A stretch of 64,000 bases of DNA from Thermoanaerobaculia bacterium (GCA_035263845.1 DATFQY010000222.1:3304-67303); one strand, 5' to 3'. Counted from the stretch's first letter, positions 1-9,551 are shown. Numbers and translations: made by a program. The notes: a model not told the origin generated them from the letters alone.

Positions 1-198
1 TTCTTCTCGTAGCGCTTGCGGAACCGCTCGACCCGTCCGGCGGAGTCCACCAGCTTCTGCTTGCCGGTGAAGAAGGGGTGGCACTTGCTGCAGATCTCGA
101 TCCGCAGCTCCTTCTTGGTCGAGTGCGTCGTCCAGGTCTCGCCGCACGCGCAGTGGACGAGGACCTCGTGATACTCGGGGTGCAGGTTCTTCTTCATG
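1..198 (-). CDS. rpmE: 50S ribosomal protein L31, 5' part of the gene (the C-terminus runs off the window start)
   Basis: The reverse complement translates as [65 protein letters not shown]. The CxC...CxxCH zinc-ribbon motif is typical of L31. The ATG start is at 198. Confidence 0.85.
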
Positions 199-313
199 GA
201 ACCCGCAATCCTACCGCACGGGCGCCCCCGAATCAACCCGCCCGGCCTGGAGCGTCCCCGGATGTTCTAGAATCGGCTGCTCCGTGTTTTACCTGTATGT
301 GACCGCCCCCGGG

Positions 314-1951
314 ATGCCGGCGCAGAAGTTCCTGCTCGACCGTCCCGTCACCACGATCGGCCGTTCCTCCATGAACGACCTCCCGATCTCCGACAAGATG
401 CTCTCGCGCCAGCACGCGCGGATCGTCCGGGACGGCAACGGCGGGTTGACTGTCGAGGATCTGGGTTCCCGCAACGGCACGTTCTTGAACGGCGAGCGCC
501 TCGTCACCACCCAGCCGCTCAAGTCCGGCGACCGGATCACCGTGGGAGGCGTCACGCTCAAGGTCGAGTCCGAGTCCACGACCCGCGTCCGGATCGACGA
601 GATCGCGGGCGAAGACTCCCTCGACAATACGATCCTCAAGGCCTCTGCCGAGCTGCTGCGCAAGCCCACAGAGACGGATCCAAGGCTTCCGGCCGAGCAG
701 CTCTCCAAGCTGATCGAGTCCCTCCGCGTCGTCAACGAGCTCACCATCGAGCTGCTGCGCGACGTCTCGGTGGACGAGCTGTTGAAGTTCCTCATGGACA
801 AGGTCTTCGAAACTCTGATGCCGGACCGTGCCGTCGTTCTGCTGCGCTCCAACGTTACAGGCGAGCTCGTGCCCGCGGTCGTCCGCGTGGCCGAAGGGAT
901 CTCCGCCGAGGACATCCGCCTCTCCAAGACGCTCGTCGCAGCGGTCGTCGAGAAGAAGAACGGACTGCTCCTGATGGACACGGCGACGGGTTCGGGCGTC
1001 TCCCTCTCCGAGTCCATCCGCCTCTCCGGGATCAAGTCGGTCCTCGCGGCGCCTCTGGAAAACGGCGGCGAGGTCGTCGGCCTGATCTACGTGGACTGCC
1101 GCATGGGTCACCGCTCCTTCGAGGAGGGGGACCTGCGGCTCCTGACCTCGCTCGCCAACGTCGCCGCCGCCAAGATCCAGAACGCCCGCCTGATGGCCGA
1201 GGCCGCGGAGAAGCGGCAGATGCAGAGGGAGTTCGCGCTGGCCCAGGAGATCCAGCAGCGGCTCCTGCCCGACAGCCCGCCCGCGGTCCCCGGCTACGAG
1301 TTCTACGGCTCCAACCTCCCGTCGCGGCAGGTCTCCGGCGACTACTTCGACTTCCGCGGCCGGGGCGACGGAAAGTTCTACGCGACGATCGCCGACGTCT
1401 GCGGCAAGGGGATCGGGCCGGCACTCCTCATGGCGTCGCTCCAGGCGTCGTTCCACGCCTGGGCCGACGAGCAGGTCCCGGTGGCCGAGATGACGGGCCG
1501 CCTTTCGGAGGCGATCTCGAAGCGGGCCGGGTCCGACCGGTTCATCACGTTTTTCCTTTTGATCCTGGACCCGGCCACCGGCGTCATCGAGTACACCAAC
1601 GCCGGCCATAACCAGGGGCTCGTCATCCGCAAGAACGGCACGATCGACGAGCTTCCCTCGCACGGCCTGCCGCTTGCGCTCTTCCCGGGCCGGCCTTACG
1701 GCAGCTCGAAATTCTCGCTGGAGCCCGATGAGTTCGTCTGCCTCTATACCGACGGCATCACGGAGGCCTGCAATCCCGCCGGCGAGGAGTTCGGCCTCGA
1801 GCGCCTGAAGGCGTTCCTCAAGACGCAGGTCGGCAAGGACCCCGCCGTCGTGGACACGGGCCTCGCCAGGGTCCAGGAGGAGCACTCCGCCGGCGAGCCT
1901 TACGGCGATGACCGGACCATCCTGATTCTGCGACGCCAGCCGGTGAACTGA
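314..1951 (+). CDS. FHA-domain, GAF-domain, PP2C (SpoIIE-type) serine phosphatase
   Basis: There is an N-terminal FHA signature (TIGRSSMNDLPISD..SRQHARI..GSRNGTFLNGERL), a central GAF domain, and a C-terminal SpoIIE/PP2C motif set (GDYFDF, DVCGKGIGPALLMASL, FTDGITEA). Alternative in-frame GTG starts lie at 284 and 299. Confidence 0.85.
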   Translation: MPAQKFLLDRPVTTIGRSSMNDLPISDKMLSRQHARIVRDGNGGLTVEDLGSRNGTFLNGERLVTTQPLKSGDRITVGGVTLKVESESTTRVRIDEIAGEDSLDNTILKASAELLRKPTETDPRLPAEQLSKLIESLRVVNELTIELLRDVSVDELLKFLMDKVFETLMPDRAVVLLRSNVTGELVPAVVRVAEGISAEDIRLSKTLVAAVVEKKNGLLLMDTATGSGVSLSESIRLSGIKSVLAAPLENGGEVVGLIYVDCRMGHRSFEEGDLRLLTSLANVAAAKIQNARLMAEAAEKRQMQREFALAQEIQQRLLPDSPPAVPGYEFYGSNLPSRQVSGDYFDFRGRGDGKFYATIADVCGKGIGPALLMASLQASFHAWADEQVPVAEMTGRLSEAISKRAGSDRFITFFLLILDPATGVIEYTNAGHNQGLVIRKNGTIDELPSHGLPLALFPGRPYGSSKFSLEPDEFVCLYTDGITEACNPAGEEFGLERLKAFLKTQVGKDPAVVDTGLARVQEEHSAGEPYGDDRTILILRRQPVN

Positions 1952-1974
1952 GCCCGCTCTTTCCGCTGACAGCA

Positions 1975-3321
1975 ATGAGCCGTCTCCTCGTCGAGGGAGC
2001 AACCCTGCTCGGACTGACGAGGAGGGACGACATCCGGCCAGCCACGGATCTCTTCGCTGCGAACGGCGTGATCCGCGCGGCCGGCGAGGACGCGGGGCGG
2101 CTCGCCCGCGAAGGCCGGGGGGAGGCGGTCCGCCTCGACGCCCGCGGCAAGTGGCTCCTGCCCGGGTTCGTCCAGTCGCACTTGCATCTGTGCCAGACGC
2201 TCCTTCGAAACGGGCCGGACGACCTGGAGCTTCTGCCGTGGCTGCGCACTCACGTCTGGCCGGGGGAGGCGGCCCACGACGCCACCACGATGTCGGTCTC
2301 GGCGCGGCTCGGGCTCTCGGAGTCGCTCGCCTCGGGCGTGACGGCGGTCCTGGACATGGGGACCGTGAAGCACTCCGAATCGCTCTTCCAGGCCGCCGCG
2401 CGCTCGGGGGTCCGCTACCGCGGCGGCAACGTCCTGATGGACGATCCGCAGACGACGCCCGAGAACCTTCGGGCCTCCGCCCGCGAAGGGCTCGCCGAGA
2501 CGGAGCGGCTCCGCGCGGCCTTCGACGGAGGGGAAGATGGCCGGCTCGGCGTGGCGGTCCAGCCTCGCTTCGCGGTCAGCTGCACCGACGGGCTGCTCCG
2601 GCAGGCGGCCGAGTACGCCGCGGCCAACGGCCTCGTGATTCACACGCACGCGTCGGAGAACCGCGGCGAGATCGATCTCGTCCGGCGGCGCACGGGAAAG
2701 GACAACGTCGAGTACCTCGACGACACCGGTCTTCTGACGGAGAGGACCTGCCTCGCGCACGCCGTGCACACGGGGGCGGAGGACTGGATGCGGCTTTCCG
2801 GGCGGCGGTCGAGCGTGGCCCACTGCCCGTCTTCCAACATGCGGCTGGCGTCCGGGATCGCGCCGGTCCGGGACCTGGCGCGCGCCGGGGTCAACGTCGC
2901 CCTCGGTTCGGACGGCGCGGCCTGCAACAACTCGCTCGATCCGTTCCGCGAGATGCGGCGGGCCGGCGACCTGGCCCAGGCGCGCGCGCCGTCCGAGAGG
3001 ATCCAGGCGTTCGAGCTGCTCCGGATGGCGACGTGGAACGGGGCGCGCGCTCTGCACCTCGGCGGTCCGGAGGGGCTCGTCCCAGGGGGGCGGGCGGATT
3101 TCGTCCTGCTCGACCCCGAGGCGGGGTGGTCGCTGCCCGACGAGTGGTCCGCGGAGCCTTACGGCGCGATCGTGCACTCGATGGGGCCGGCGAATGTCTT
3201 CGCGACGGTCGTCGCCGGCGTCATTCGTTACCGCGCGGGCGATCCGTCGGTCGGCGGATTGAAGCCCGAGCCGCACGAAGTGCGCGACGCGGTTCGAGCG
3301 TTGAGGTCCCGGATGGGCTAG
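1975..3321 (+). CDS. Amidohydrolase-family deaminase (MtaD/SAH-deaminase/guanine-deaminase-like)
   Basis: It has the metal-binding HxH motif (QSHLHL) and HTHASEN and DGAACNNSLD motifs typical of amidohydrolase_1 deaminases. Confidence 0.8.
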   Translation: MSRLLVEGATLLGLTRRDDIRPATDLFAANGVIRAAGEDAGRLAREGRGEAVRLDARGKWLLPGFVQSHLHLCQTLLRNGPDDLELLPWLRTHVWPGEAAHDATTMSVSARLGLSESLASGVTAVLDMGTVKHSESLFQAAARSGVRYRGGNVLMDDPQTTPENLRASAREGLAETERLRAAFDGGEDGRLGVAVQPRFAVSCTDGLLRQAAEYAAANGLVIHTHASENRGEIDLVRRRTGKDNVEYLDDTGLLTERTCLAHAVHTGAEDWMRLSGRRSSVAHCPSSNMRLASGIAPVRDLARAGVNVALGSDGAACNNSLDPFREMRRAGDLAQARAPSERIQAFELLRMATWNGARALHLGGPEGLVPGGRADFVLLDPEAGWSLPDEWSAEPYGAIVHSMGPANVFATVVAGVIRYRAGDPSVGGLKPEPHEVRDAVRALRSRMG

Positions 3322-3327
3322 GGCGCC

Positions 3328-4710
3328 CTAGGTCTCGCGGCTCTGGATGTCCAGGCGCTTGATGATTTCGTGGAGGGTCGTGGGCTTCATGCGGAGCAGC
3401 TCGGCGGCCCGCTTCTGGACACCGCCGGTGCGCCGCAGCGCGGTGCGGACGAGCCGCCGCTCGTAGTCCTCGACGAGGTCCTTGTACGTCGAGCCGTTCT
3501 CCGGCAGCCGCACCGGCAGCTCCGCGCGGTCCGGCTGAAGGACGGTCTCCGGCAGCAGGTCCAGGCCGATCAGCCCGCCCGAGCACAGCACCACGGCCCG
3601 CTCGATCGCGTTCTCCAGCTCCCGCACGTTGCCCGGCCAGTTGTAGTCCAGCAGCGCGCGCAGCGCGTCGGGATGGAGCCCGCCGATCGTCTTGGAGTTC
3701 TCCGAGGCGTACAGCCGGACGAAGTGCTCGGCCAGCAGCGGAATGTCCTCCCGCCTCTCCCGAAGCGGTGGAATCGTGATCGTGATGACGCAGAGGCGGT
3801 AGTAGAGGTCGTCGCGGAACTTTCCCTCAGCGACCATCTGCTTCAAGTCCACGTTGGTCGCCGCGATGATCCGCACGTCCGCCTTCTGGGTCTCCACCGA
3901 CCCTACCCGCATGAACTCCTTCTCCTGGATGACGCGCAGCAGCTTCGCCTGCGTCTCCAGCGACACCGTCCCGATCTCGTCGAAAAAGATCGAGCCGCCC
4001 TCCGCCGCCTCGAAGAGCCCTTTCTTGTTGGCGACGGCGCCCGTGAAGGCGCCCCGCACGTGGCCGAAGAGGTTGGACTCCAGCAGGTCCGCCGGCATCG
4101 AGCCGGAGTTGACCGTGACGAAGGGGGCGCCCGACCTGGGCGAGTGCGTGTGGATCGCGCGCGCGACGAGCTCCTTGCCGGTCCCGCTCTCTCCCTCGAC
4201 GAGGATCGTGGACTTGGACGGCCCGGCCAGCCGGACGAGCTCGAAAACCCGCCGCATCCCCTCGGACTTGCCGACGATCCGGCCGAGGCCGTAGCGCTTG
4301 GAGAGCTCCTGCTTGAGCCTGCGGTTCTCCTCGGTCAGCTGGCGCTGCTCGGCGCCCTTCTCGACGGTGAGGAGGACCTCCTCGTTCTGGAACGGCTTGG
4401 GGATGTAGTGGAAGGCGCCCTCGCGCATCGCGGCGATGGCTCCCTCGATGGAGGAGTACGCCGTGACGATGACGACGACCGCGTCGGGATCGCGCCGGCG
4501 GATCTCCCGGAGCACGTCGAGGCCGGGCCGGTCGGGCAGCATCAGGTCGAGCAGCACGACGTCGAAGTTGTCCGGGTCGAAGGCGGCGAGCGCCTCCGAG
4601 GCGTCGGCGGCCGTGGTCACGTCGTAGCCCTGCCTCTCCAGAAGCGTTCCCAGGACGTCCCGGATCACCTCCTCGTCGTCCACGACGAGAAGTCGGAGCG
4701 GCCGGCTCAT
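3328..4710 (-). CDS. Sigma-54-dependent response regulator (NtrC family: REC-AAA+-HTH)
   Basis: It contains a receiver domain (LLVVDDE...DLMLPD), the GAFTGA motif in 'HVRGAFTGAVANKKGLFE', the Walker A motif GESGTGKE, and a C-terminal Fis-type HTH. The true start, MSRPL, is at 4710 and overlaps the stop of the upstream kinase as ATGA. The long N-terminal extension in the ORF track is a shadow. Confidence 0.9.
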   Translation of the reverse strand: MSRPLRLLVVDDEEVIRDVLGTLLERQGYDVTTAADASEALAAFDPDNFDVVLLDLMLPDRPGLDVLREIRRRDPDAVVVIVTAYSSIEGAIAAMREGAFHYIPKPFQNEEVLLTVEKGAEQRQLTEENRRLKQELSKRYGLGRIVGKSEGMRRVFELVRLAGPSKSTILVEGESGTGKELVARAIHTHSPRSGAPFVTVNSGSMPADLLESNLFGHVRGAFTGAVANKKGLFEAAEGGSIFFDEIGTVSLETQAKLLRVIQEKEFMRVGSVETQKADVRIIAATNVDLKQMVAEGKFRDDLYYRLCVITITIPPLRERREDIPLLAEHFVRLYASENSKTIGGLHPDALRALLDYNWPGNVRELENAIERAVVLCSGGLIGLDLLPETVLQPDRAELPVRLPENGSTYKDLVEDYERRLVRTALRRTGGVQKRAAELLRMKPTTLHEIIKRLDIQSRET

Positions 4711-7472
4711 GACGCCGCCGGAGAGGCGACCGGGAGGGTGACGATCGCTTCGACTCCGCCCTCGGGCCGCGAGGAGAGGCGAATGTCGCCCCCGTGGCGC
4801 CGGATGATGTCGCGGGAGATCGCGAGGCCGAGCCCCGTGCCTCCCGACTTCTTGGTCGAATAGAACGGTTCGAAGAGCCTCTGCGGGTCCCCGGGAGGCA
4901 GGCCCGTTCCACGGTCGGCGATCGTGACCCGCGCCGACTCCCCGTCCCGCTCGACGCGGCAGGAGACCTCCGTTCCGTCGGGGGACGCGTCGCGAGCGTT
5001 GGTCAGCAGGTTGACGAAGACCTGTTCGAGCTCCCGCGGGTCGCCGATGACCCACACGGAGGCGCCGTTGGTCTCCTGGCGGAGGCGGCGCGAGCCGAAG
5101 GTCGTCTCGACCGACTCGGCGGCGTTGCCGACGACGGCGCGCAGGTCCGTGCGGACGGAGGCGCGGGCGCGGGGGCGCGCGAACTCCAGGAGGTTGTTGA
5201 CGAGGTGCGCGGCGCGGAAGGTCTGGCGCTCCATTTTTTTCAGGATCGCGTAGCGCGGATCGTCCGGCGCCGTTTCGGCCAGCAGCATCTGCGCGTAGGA
5301 GGAGAGCCCGGCGATGGGCGTGTTGACCTCGTGGGCGACGCCCGCCGCCAGCACTCCCAGCGAGGCGAGCCGCTCGCGCTCAGCCAGCGCCTTCTCCGCG
5401 CGGACCCGGTCGGTCACGTCGTCCACGAGGACGACCCGCCTCTCCGGGTCGCCGCGGAAGGTCGAGACCGAGACGCGGAGGTTGCGCTCCTCCGCGCGAG
5501 GGTTCACGAACCGGGTCTCCACCGCGTTCTCGCCGCCGTCCGCGGGGACCGGAGGCAGCTCGACGCCCGGAAGGAGGTCCGCGAAGAGGGCGCCCGACAG
5601 CTCGCTCTCCGGCCGGCCGAGGATCGCGGCGAAGGCCGGGTTGGCCGAGTGGAGCCGCCCGTCTGCGTCGAGCACGGCGATGCCGGAGGAGGAGGAGCGG
5701 ATGACGCTCTCCTGGTACTGCTGGAGGTCGCGGATCTCTTCGAGCCTCTCGGCCAGGGCGCCGTAGAGCCGCGCGTTCTCGTACGCGAGGCCGGCCTGCG
5801 CCATGACAGCCGTGAGCAGGGCCTCGTCTTCCGAGGAGAGCGGGACGCGTCCGTCCTTGTGGCCGACGCCGAGCGCGCCGACGAGGTTGCCCGCGCAGCG
5901 CAGCGCGAAGAAGACCCGGTAGCCGCCGGCATGGAGATGGCCGGCGACCGGCTCGTCCTCCTCGCCGAACGCAGCTCCGCGGAGCCGCCAGAGGTCCGCC
6001 TGCGCCAGGCGGCGGGAGAGCAGCTCCCACTCGCCGCCAGAGAGCGCCTCGTCCTCGAAGAGGAAGAAGGAGCAGGGCACGACGTGGAGCCCCTCCTCCA
6101 CGCGCTGGACGATGGCGGCGGAGAGCTCTTCCTGGGCTCGCGGCGTCGCGAAATCCCGGGCGATGTCGAGGAGCGCGCGCCGCGCCCGGTACGTCTCGTG
6201 GTACTGGATCTTCTCGAGCACGCCGGTGATCCGCTTCTTCATCGGGACGAGCAGCGCGGCGAGGACCAGGCCCGACCCGAACGCCACGACGTTCTTCCCC
6301 GCCTCCGCCATTCCCTCGAGCGTGCGGTCGAGCAGGGCGTTCAAAAGGACGAAGGTGATGCCGGCCAGCAGGACGGCCGCGGTCGTCGCCAGCGCCTCGC
6401 GGACGAAGATCTCGACGTCCCAGAGCCGCCACTTCAGGATCGCGTAGGCGAAGGCGAGCGGGATCAGCACCAGCGGGACGACGGAGACGCTCGAGAGGAG
6501 CGGCGAGGCGAGGCCGAGGATGCGCGGGATCACCGAGAGGAGCAGGAACGGAGCGAGCCCGACGGCGACGCCGAGCCCGATCCACCGGACCTGCATGAGC
6601 GACTCGGCATCCTCGCGGCTGCGCCGCAGCAACCGCGCCAGCCGCCACATCGCGGCAATTCCGAAGACCGCGAAGTAGGCCTCCCAGAGCCGCGTCGCGA
6701 TCTCCAGCGTGGCCGCGGCGGAGGCGCTCGGGAAGAAGAGCGGCGACTCCTGGAACGCCAGCCAGGCCAGGCCCGGCAGGTAGAGGAGCGGGAGCCAGCG
6801 GCGAGGACGCACCGAGAAGGACTTCGGGAAGACGAGGAAGAAGTGCAGCAGCAGCGCCGGCAGGACCGCGCGGTACAGGTCCTCGGCGATGAGGAACGTC
6901 TTCCAGATCGTGTCGCGCGGGCCCGCGGGAGTGATGACGTAGATCGCGAAGGAGGAGAGGCACAGGGCTCCGAAGATCCGTGCCGCCCCGGCGCGGTCGC
7001 GCGACGCCGTGAAGAGGCCGATGAGCAGGTAGAGCAGCCCGACGAACGCAAGGAAGAGGTAGGTGCGGTCGAGGATCAGCCGCGGCTTCTCGAGGTGGAT
7101 CTCCCGGACTTCGCCGCCGGAGAGGACCAGCAGGCGGTGGGGAAACGGCTTGCGCGCGAGGCTCTTTTCCGGCTGCGGGAGCGAGGAGGCCGTTTGACCG
7201 TCCGCCGTGATGATTCGGTCGTCGGCCTTCAGGCCCGCGGTCGCCGCGGCACCCCCCACCTCGACCCCGGTGACGACCAGGGCGCCCTGGAGCCGCTGGT
7301 AGGTGAAGCCCGGCCGAGTGAAGCTGTCCACCTTCCGGGTGAAGGAGAGAAAACCGAGTCCCACTGTGGCGACGGTGATCACCACCGCGAGACTCGAAGC
7401 AACCCACCTGAACAGACGAGGCACGAGCGCGGATTCAGCAATCCGAATGCCACCAAACCTGTGCAACCCCAT
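4707..7472 (-). CDS. Sensor histidine kinase with an N-terminal TM-PDZ-multipass membrane module, a GAF/PAS region, HisKA and HATPase domains
   Basis: The HisKA H-box is 'LGVLAAGVAHEVNTPIAG'. The HATPase has an N-box and a G-box (DRGTGL...GGTGLGLAI). A PDZ-like segment (GLKADDRIITADG) follows the first TM, and there are at least 7 hydrophobic segments. The start was chosen as the ATG at 7472 (MGLHRFGG...), just downstream of an AT-rich intergenic region. The ORF track extends it to 7595. Confidence 0.8.
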   Translation of the reverse strand: MGLHRFGGIRIAESALVPRLFRWVASSLAVVITVATVGLGFLSFTRKVDSFTRPGFTYQRLQGALVVTGVEVGGAAATAGLKADDRIITADGQTASSLPQPEKSLARKPFPHRLLVLSGGEVREIHLEKPRLILDRTYLFLAFVGLLYLLIGLFTASRDRAGAARIFGALCLSSFAIYVITPAGPRDTIWKTFLIAEDLYRAVLPALLLHFFLVFPKSFSVRPRRWLPLLYLPGLAWLAFQESPLFFPSASAAATLEIATRLWEAYFAVFGIAAMWRLARLLRRSREDAESLMQVRWIGLGVAVGLAPFLLLSVIPRILGLASPLLSSVSVVPLVLIPLAFAYAILKWRLWDVEIFVREALATTAAVLLAGITFVLLNALLDRTLEGMAEAGKNVVAFGSGLVLAALLVPMKKRITGVLEKIQYHETYRARRALLDIARDFATPRAQEELSAAIVQRVEEGLHVVPCSFFLFEDEALSGGEWELLSRRLAQADLWRLRGAAFGEEDEPVAGHLHAGGYRVFFALRCAGNLVGALGVGHKDGRVPLSSEDEALLTAVMAQAGLAYENARLYGALAERLEEIRDLQQYQESVIRSSSSGIAVLDADGRLHSANPAFAAILGRPESELSGALFADLLPGVELPPVPADGGENAVETRFVNPRAEERNLRVSVSTFRGDPERRVVLVDDVTDRVRAEKALAERERLASLGVLAAGVAHEVNTPIAGLSSYAQMLLAETAPDDPRYAILKKMERQTFRAAHLVNNLLEFARPRARASVRTDLRAVVGNAAESVETTFGSRRLRQETNGASVWVIGDPRELEQVFVNLLTNARDASPDGTEVSCRVERDGESARVTIADRGTGLPPGDPQRLFEPFYSTKKSGGTGLGLAISRDIIRRHGGDIRLSSRPEGGVEAIVTLPVASPAAS

Positions 7473-7554
7473 CGTGTAAAGAGCTTTGTTCTCAGTCGCT
7501 TCCGTAAACGGCGCCGCGAGTCGATCCCAGAAAAATCCAATTTTCCGAATGTAG

Positions 7555-7571
7555 TCCAAAATAATTTTGGA
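7555..7571. promoter_or_regulatory. Perfect 17-bp palindrome TCCAAAAT-A-ATTTTGGA in the AT-rich intergenic region between the outer-membrane protein gene and the histidine kinase gene; candidate operator
   Basis: It was read directly from the sequence. It sits in a locally AT-rich region about 85 bp upstream of the kinase start on the minus strand. Confidence 0.3.
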
Positions 7572-7643
7572 TGGAAGTCCTTCTCGTCCCTTCAAACACG
7601 TCCTTTGCCATCGGGGAGAGGAGCAACCCGAGGCGGCGAGAGG

Positions 7644-9551
7644 CTAGAAGGAGATGGCCACGCCGCCCATGAGGCGGTTGGTCGTCGGGGCGTCGTCTCC
7701 GGACTGGGAGGCGCTGCGGGCGCGCTCCACGGCCAGGAGGAGCTTGCAGACCGAGCCGAAGGGGTTGATGCCCATCACCGAGAGGTCCTGGGCGAGCGAG
7801 ACGGCAAACTTGTGGGAATCGTTGGAGTGCGGCGTCGTCGCGGTCGCCAGCGTTTGCCTGACCTCGCGCACAAGGATCGCGATCCCCGTTCCCGTCGGGA
7901 CGACGTCCACGGCCGCGCGGGCGGACCAGTAGCGTCCGGTGTTGTCCACGATGCCGTAGCTCATGGCCGATTCCGGAGTCGGCTCCCCGGCGATCGAGCC
8001 GTACCGAAGCGAAACCGTTCCCGAAAGGGTGTCGGTGAGCCGGCGGCTGCCCGCGAGCTTGTACTGCCGGACGGTATTTCCGTCGAAGAGGTAGATGCTG
8101 TCGAAGTCGGTCAGGAAGTCGCCCTCGAAGAACGCCCGCACCGCTTCGCTGACTTTCTGGTCGGAGGCTTCCACCTTGATCGACATGTCGGGGCCGGCCT
8201 TCTTCTCGAAGCCGACCGTCACGCCGCGCGCCGACGTGGCCTCGCCGTTGTCGTCCACCGACGTGATGAGCGGGAGCACCGTGCCCGAGCCCGTCCCGGA
8301 ATCCACGACGCGATAGAGGCCTCGGACGTAAACGTAGGTCTTCGACCCCAGGTCGTAGCGCGCTCCCAGCGTCGGCGCGATTCCGTAGCCGCCCGCCAGG
8401 TAGCGCCCGACCACGCCTCCGTCGATCTCCGCGCGTTCGGAAACCTTTAGCGAGGTCCCGGCGGAGAGTTCGCCGTCGGGAGCGGACATCAGGAACGCGC
8501 CGTCGGCCCCGACCGCGGACGGTCCGACCAATCCTTCGCGATGCCGGTAGGTCATCGAGACCGAGACGCCGGGAGTGTCCGTGGCTGCCCGCGCGTAGTT
8601 CGCGCGGACCTCCAGGGTCCGCGATGCGATCGGAAAGAGATTCGAGCCGGCCGACGTCGCCCGGTAGAGGTTCGTCTCGTCGATGTAGCGGGCCGCGACG
8701 GACTCGACGTTGCCTTCCTCGGAGCCGCGCGACCAGGCGACTCCGTGCGCCTGCATGCTCGCAACCCGGTCGTCGTGGAGGTTCAGGGTGTGCTTCCTCG
8801 TCGTTAGGCTGATCTGGTCATCGTCGGACGGCGCGACCTCGAGGGCCAGGCCGGCCGCGTTGCCGGTCGTGGCCGATGTGTCGTAGATCCCGGCTGGATC
8901 CGAGACCGCCGAATAGTCGCCGTGCAGGTCGTACCGCCAGCCATTGGGCAGGCCTCCATGCACGCCGACCGCGGTCCGGGAGAGCGTCGAGTCGCCCTGC
9001 GGCATCCCCGTGACGGTGCGCACTTCGCCCGCCATGGTCTTGTCCAGCCGGACGTGGTCGAGCGCCGGAGCGGCGGCTTGATCGGCGGCGGCCTCGATCG
9101 AGAGCTCTCTCAGGACGTCGGCGGGGACCTTCTCGCGAAGCTCCCAGACGCTCGCCGTGGGGTCGTTGGAGCTGGCCTTCTCGTTTCGGGCGGCGAGTTG
9201 GATCCGTACGGCGCTGATGCCCTCGGACGGCGCCTGGTGCCAGAGCCGCACCAGCGCCGGGACGAACCCCTTCTTGTAGGCCACGAGGTCGTAAACGCCC
9301 ACGGGCGCCGACGCCAGGACGAACGTCCCGTCCGTGGCCGTCCGCGAGCGCGAGAGCGACGTATCGCCGAGGTTGTAGAGGATGACCAGCGCGCCGGAGA
9401 TGGGCTTCTCCAGGTGGCTGACGATGCCCGAGATCGGCGGGGCCACGGGGGAGGCGAGGACGGGCGACGCGGTCGGCGCGGCAAGAGCCCAGCCGCCGGA
9501 GAGAAACGCCGGCAAAAGGAAAGCCAACGCGGCAGCGGGGCGACGTCTCAT
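7644..9551 (-). CDS. Outer-membrane beta-barrel protein with an N-terminal carboxypeptidase-regulatory-like domain (TonB-dependent-receptor-like)
   Basis: The signal peptide is MRRRPAAALAFLLPAFLSGGWALA. A CarbopepD_reg-like region follows (GIVSHLEKPISGALVILYNLGDTSLSRSRTATDGTFVL). The protein is long and rich in Gly/Tyr beta-strands and ends in a C-terminal aromatic residue (...GGVAISF), as outer-membrane proteins do. The start at 9551 was chosen at the signal peptide. Confidence 0.75.
   Translation of the reverse strand: MRRRPAAALAFLLPAFLSGGWALAAPTASPVLASPVAPPISGIVSHLEKPISGALVILYNLGDTSLSRSRTATDGTFVLASAPVGVYDLVAYKKGFVPALVRLWHQAPSEGISAVRIQLAARNEKASSNDPTASVWELREKVPADVLRELSIEAAADQAAAPALDHVRLDKTMAGEVRTVTGMPQGDSTLSRTAVGVHGGLPNGWRYDLHGDYSAVSDPAGIYDTSATTGNAAGLALEVAPSDDDQISLTTRKHTLNLHDDRVASMQAHGVAWSRGSEEGNVESVAARYIDETNLYRATSAGSNLFPIASRTLEVRANYARAATDTPGVSVSMTYRHREGLVGPSAVGADGAFLMSAPDGELSAGTSLKVSERAEIDGGVVGRYLAGGYGIAPTLGARYDLGSKTYVYVRGLYRVVDSGTGSGTVLPLITSVDDNGEATSARGVTVGFEKKAGPDMSIKVEASDQKVSEAVRAFFEGDFLTDFDSIYLFDGNTVRQYKLAGSRRLTDTLSGTVSLRYGSIAGEPTPESAMSYGIVDNTGRYWSARAAVDVVPTGTGIAILVREVRQTLATATTPHSNDSHKFAVSLAQDLSVMGINPFGSVCKLLLAVERARSASQSGDDAPTTNRLMGGVAISF

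Noticed and set aside
233-2002. 589 aa ORF on the minus strand, antisense to the FHA-GAF-PP2C gene
   Set aside because: It has no domain and a Arg/Gly/Asp-rich low-complexity translation typical of antisense frames in high-GC DNA. The plus-strand ORF has clear FHA, GAF and PP2C motifs.
4794-8450. 1218 aa ORF on the plus strand overlapping the kinase and outer-membrane protein genes
   Set aside because: It is antisense to two genes with strong domain evidence. Its translation is Arg/Glu/Asp/Gly low-complexity. It is a high-GC shadow ORF.
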